A DNA stretch of 64,000 nt from Podarcis vaucheri (lineage: Eukaryota): assembly GCA_965113315.1 (NCBI GenBank), contig OZ220363.1; one strand, 5' to 3'. Position 1 is the first letter of the stretch. The number at the start of each line of letters is the position of its first letter. The notes under the pieces were generated by a model that made no database searches, was not told where the DNA came from, and saw only the letters and a program-made list of their open reading frames with translations. A program made the position numbers and the translations under genes. Shown in pieces: positions 63,378 to 64,000 of the stretch.

Positions 63378-64000
63378 CTCCGCCCCCATTTTAAAAAATG
63401 GGGAGATCATGATAGCTGGCTCCAAGCCTAGAGATCAATCTAGCCACATTACACCACACTGGTTCTGACTGGTGTTAACAGCTTTTTTTCTTCTCATTGA
63501 ACATCCTTTCCAAAGCAACCTTCTGTACTGAAGAAGTTGTCTTATGCCTAATATACAAGATACAGATACAGCAGAGATGGAGGTAGTTGAGAGTACTATG
63601 GATCAACACGGGGGCAGATTTTATGTTATGAAGGAGCCCAGAACTGAAATGGCACAACGCAGGCTAGCGTTTCCCCGCAAATCTGAAAATTTTATTTTAG
63701 AAATCTGTAAGAAAAAATGGAGTATGTTTACTGTTTTTTATGTTATCATGATTTTTAAAGGATTTGTTGCAACACAATATTTTAATTTATAAACCACTCT
63801 GTATAACTTATATAAAGGTAGGGAATAGATAGGGGGGAAAGTTAATAAACAAATGAACAAAAGAGCCCTTGTGAGCATATGTAGGCTTGGCAGTGGGGAG
63901 GGCGAACTAATTATGTAAGCAAATATTCCACCTACAAGTTAGTGTAGAACTCACTATATGATTGATTAGAGCAGGCTAAGCGCCATTTGGATAAGCCAAC

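Noticed and set aside
53500-64000. PKP3 exon 1 and promoter
   Set aside because: No SLALPSD or RVQEQVR-type coding sequence and no CpG island seen; it probably lies beyond the window.

Overview
This is squamate genomic DNA, probably from a lacertid-type lizard, judged from Sauria SINEs and squamate MITE/SINE families. It holds two convergent spliced genes in the same tail-to-tail arrangement as human 11p15.5. SIGIRR (IL-1R8) is on the + strand; I reconstruct 10 coding exons at 2226-28651 (559 aa). PKP3 (plakophilin-3) is on the - strand, with exons 2-13 at 53480-35791 and exon 1 apparently outside the window. Main finding: this SIGIRR appears not to be single-Ig. A signal-peptide exon and an extra 348-nt IL-1R D2-type Ig exon splice in frame ahead of the canonical protein, giving a DIGIRR-like two-Ig receptor. 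The mammalian-type start Met (ATG-GCA-G|gt) is retained at the end of the extra exon. Second finding: a palindrome with 548-bp arms in PKP3 intron 3, formed by inverted Penelope-like pseudo-LTRs that each carry a hammerhead-ribozyme motif. The rest is intronic or intergenic sequence with many SINEs, MITEs, LINE fragments and microsatellites. All exon boundaries were read by hand. Family assignments rest on remembered sequences, not database searches.
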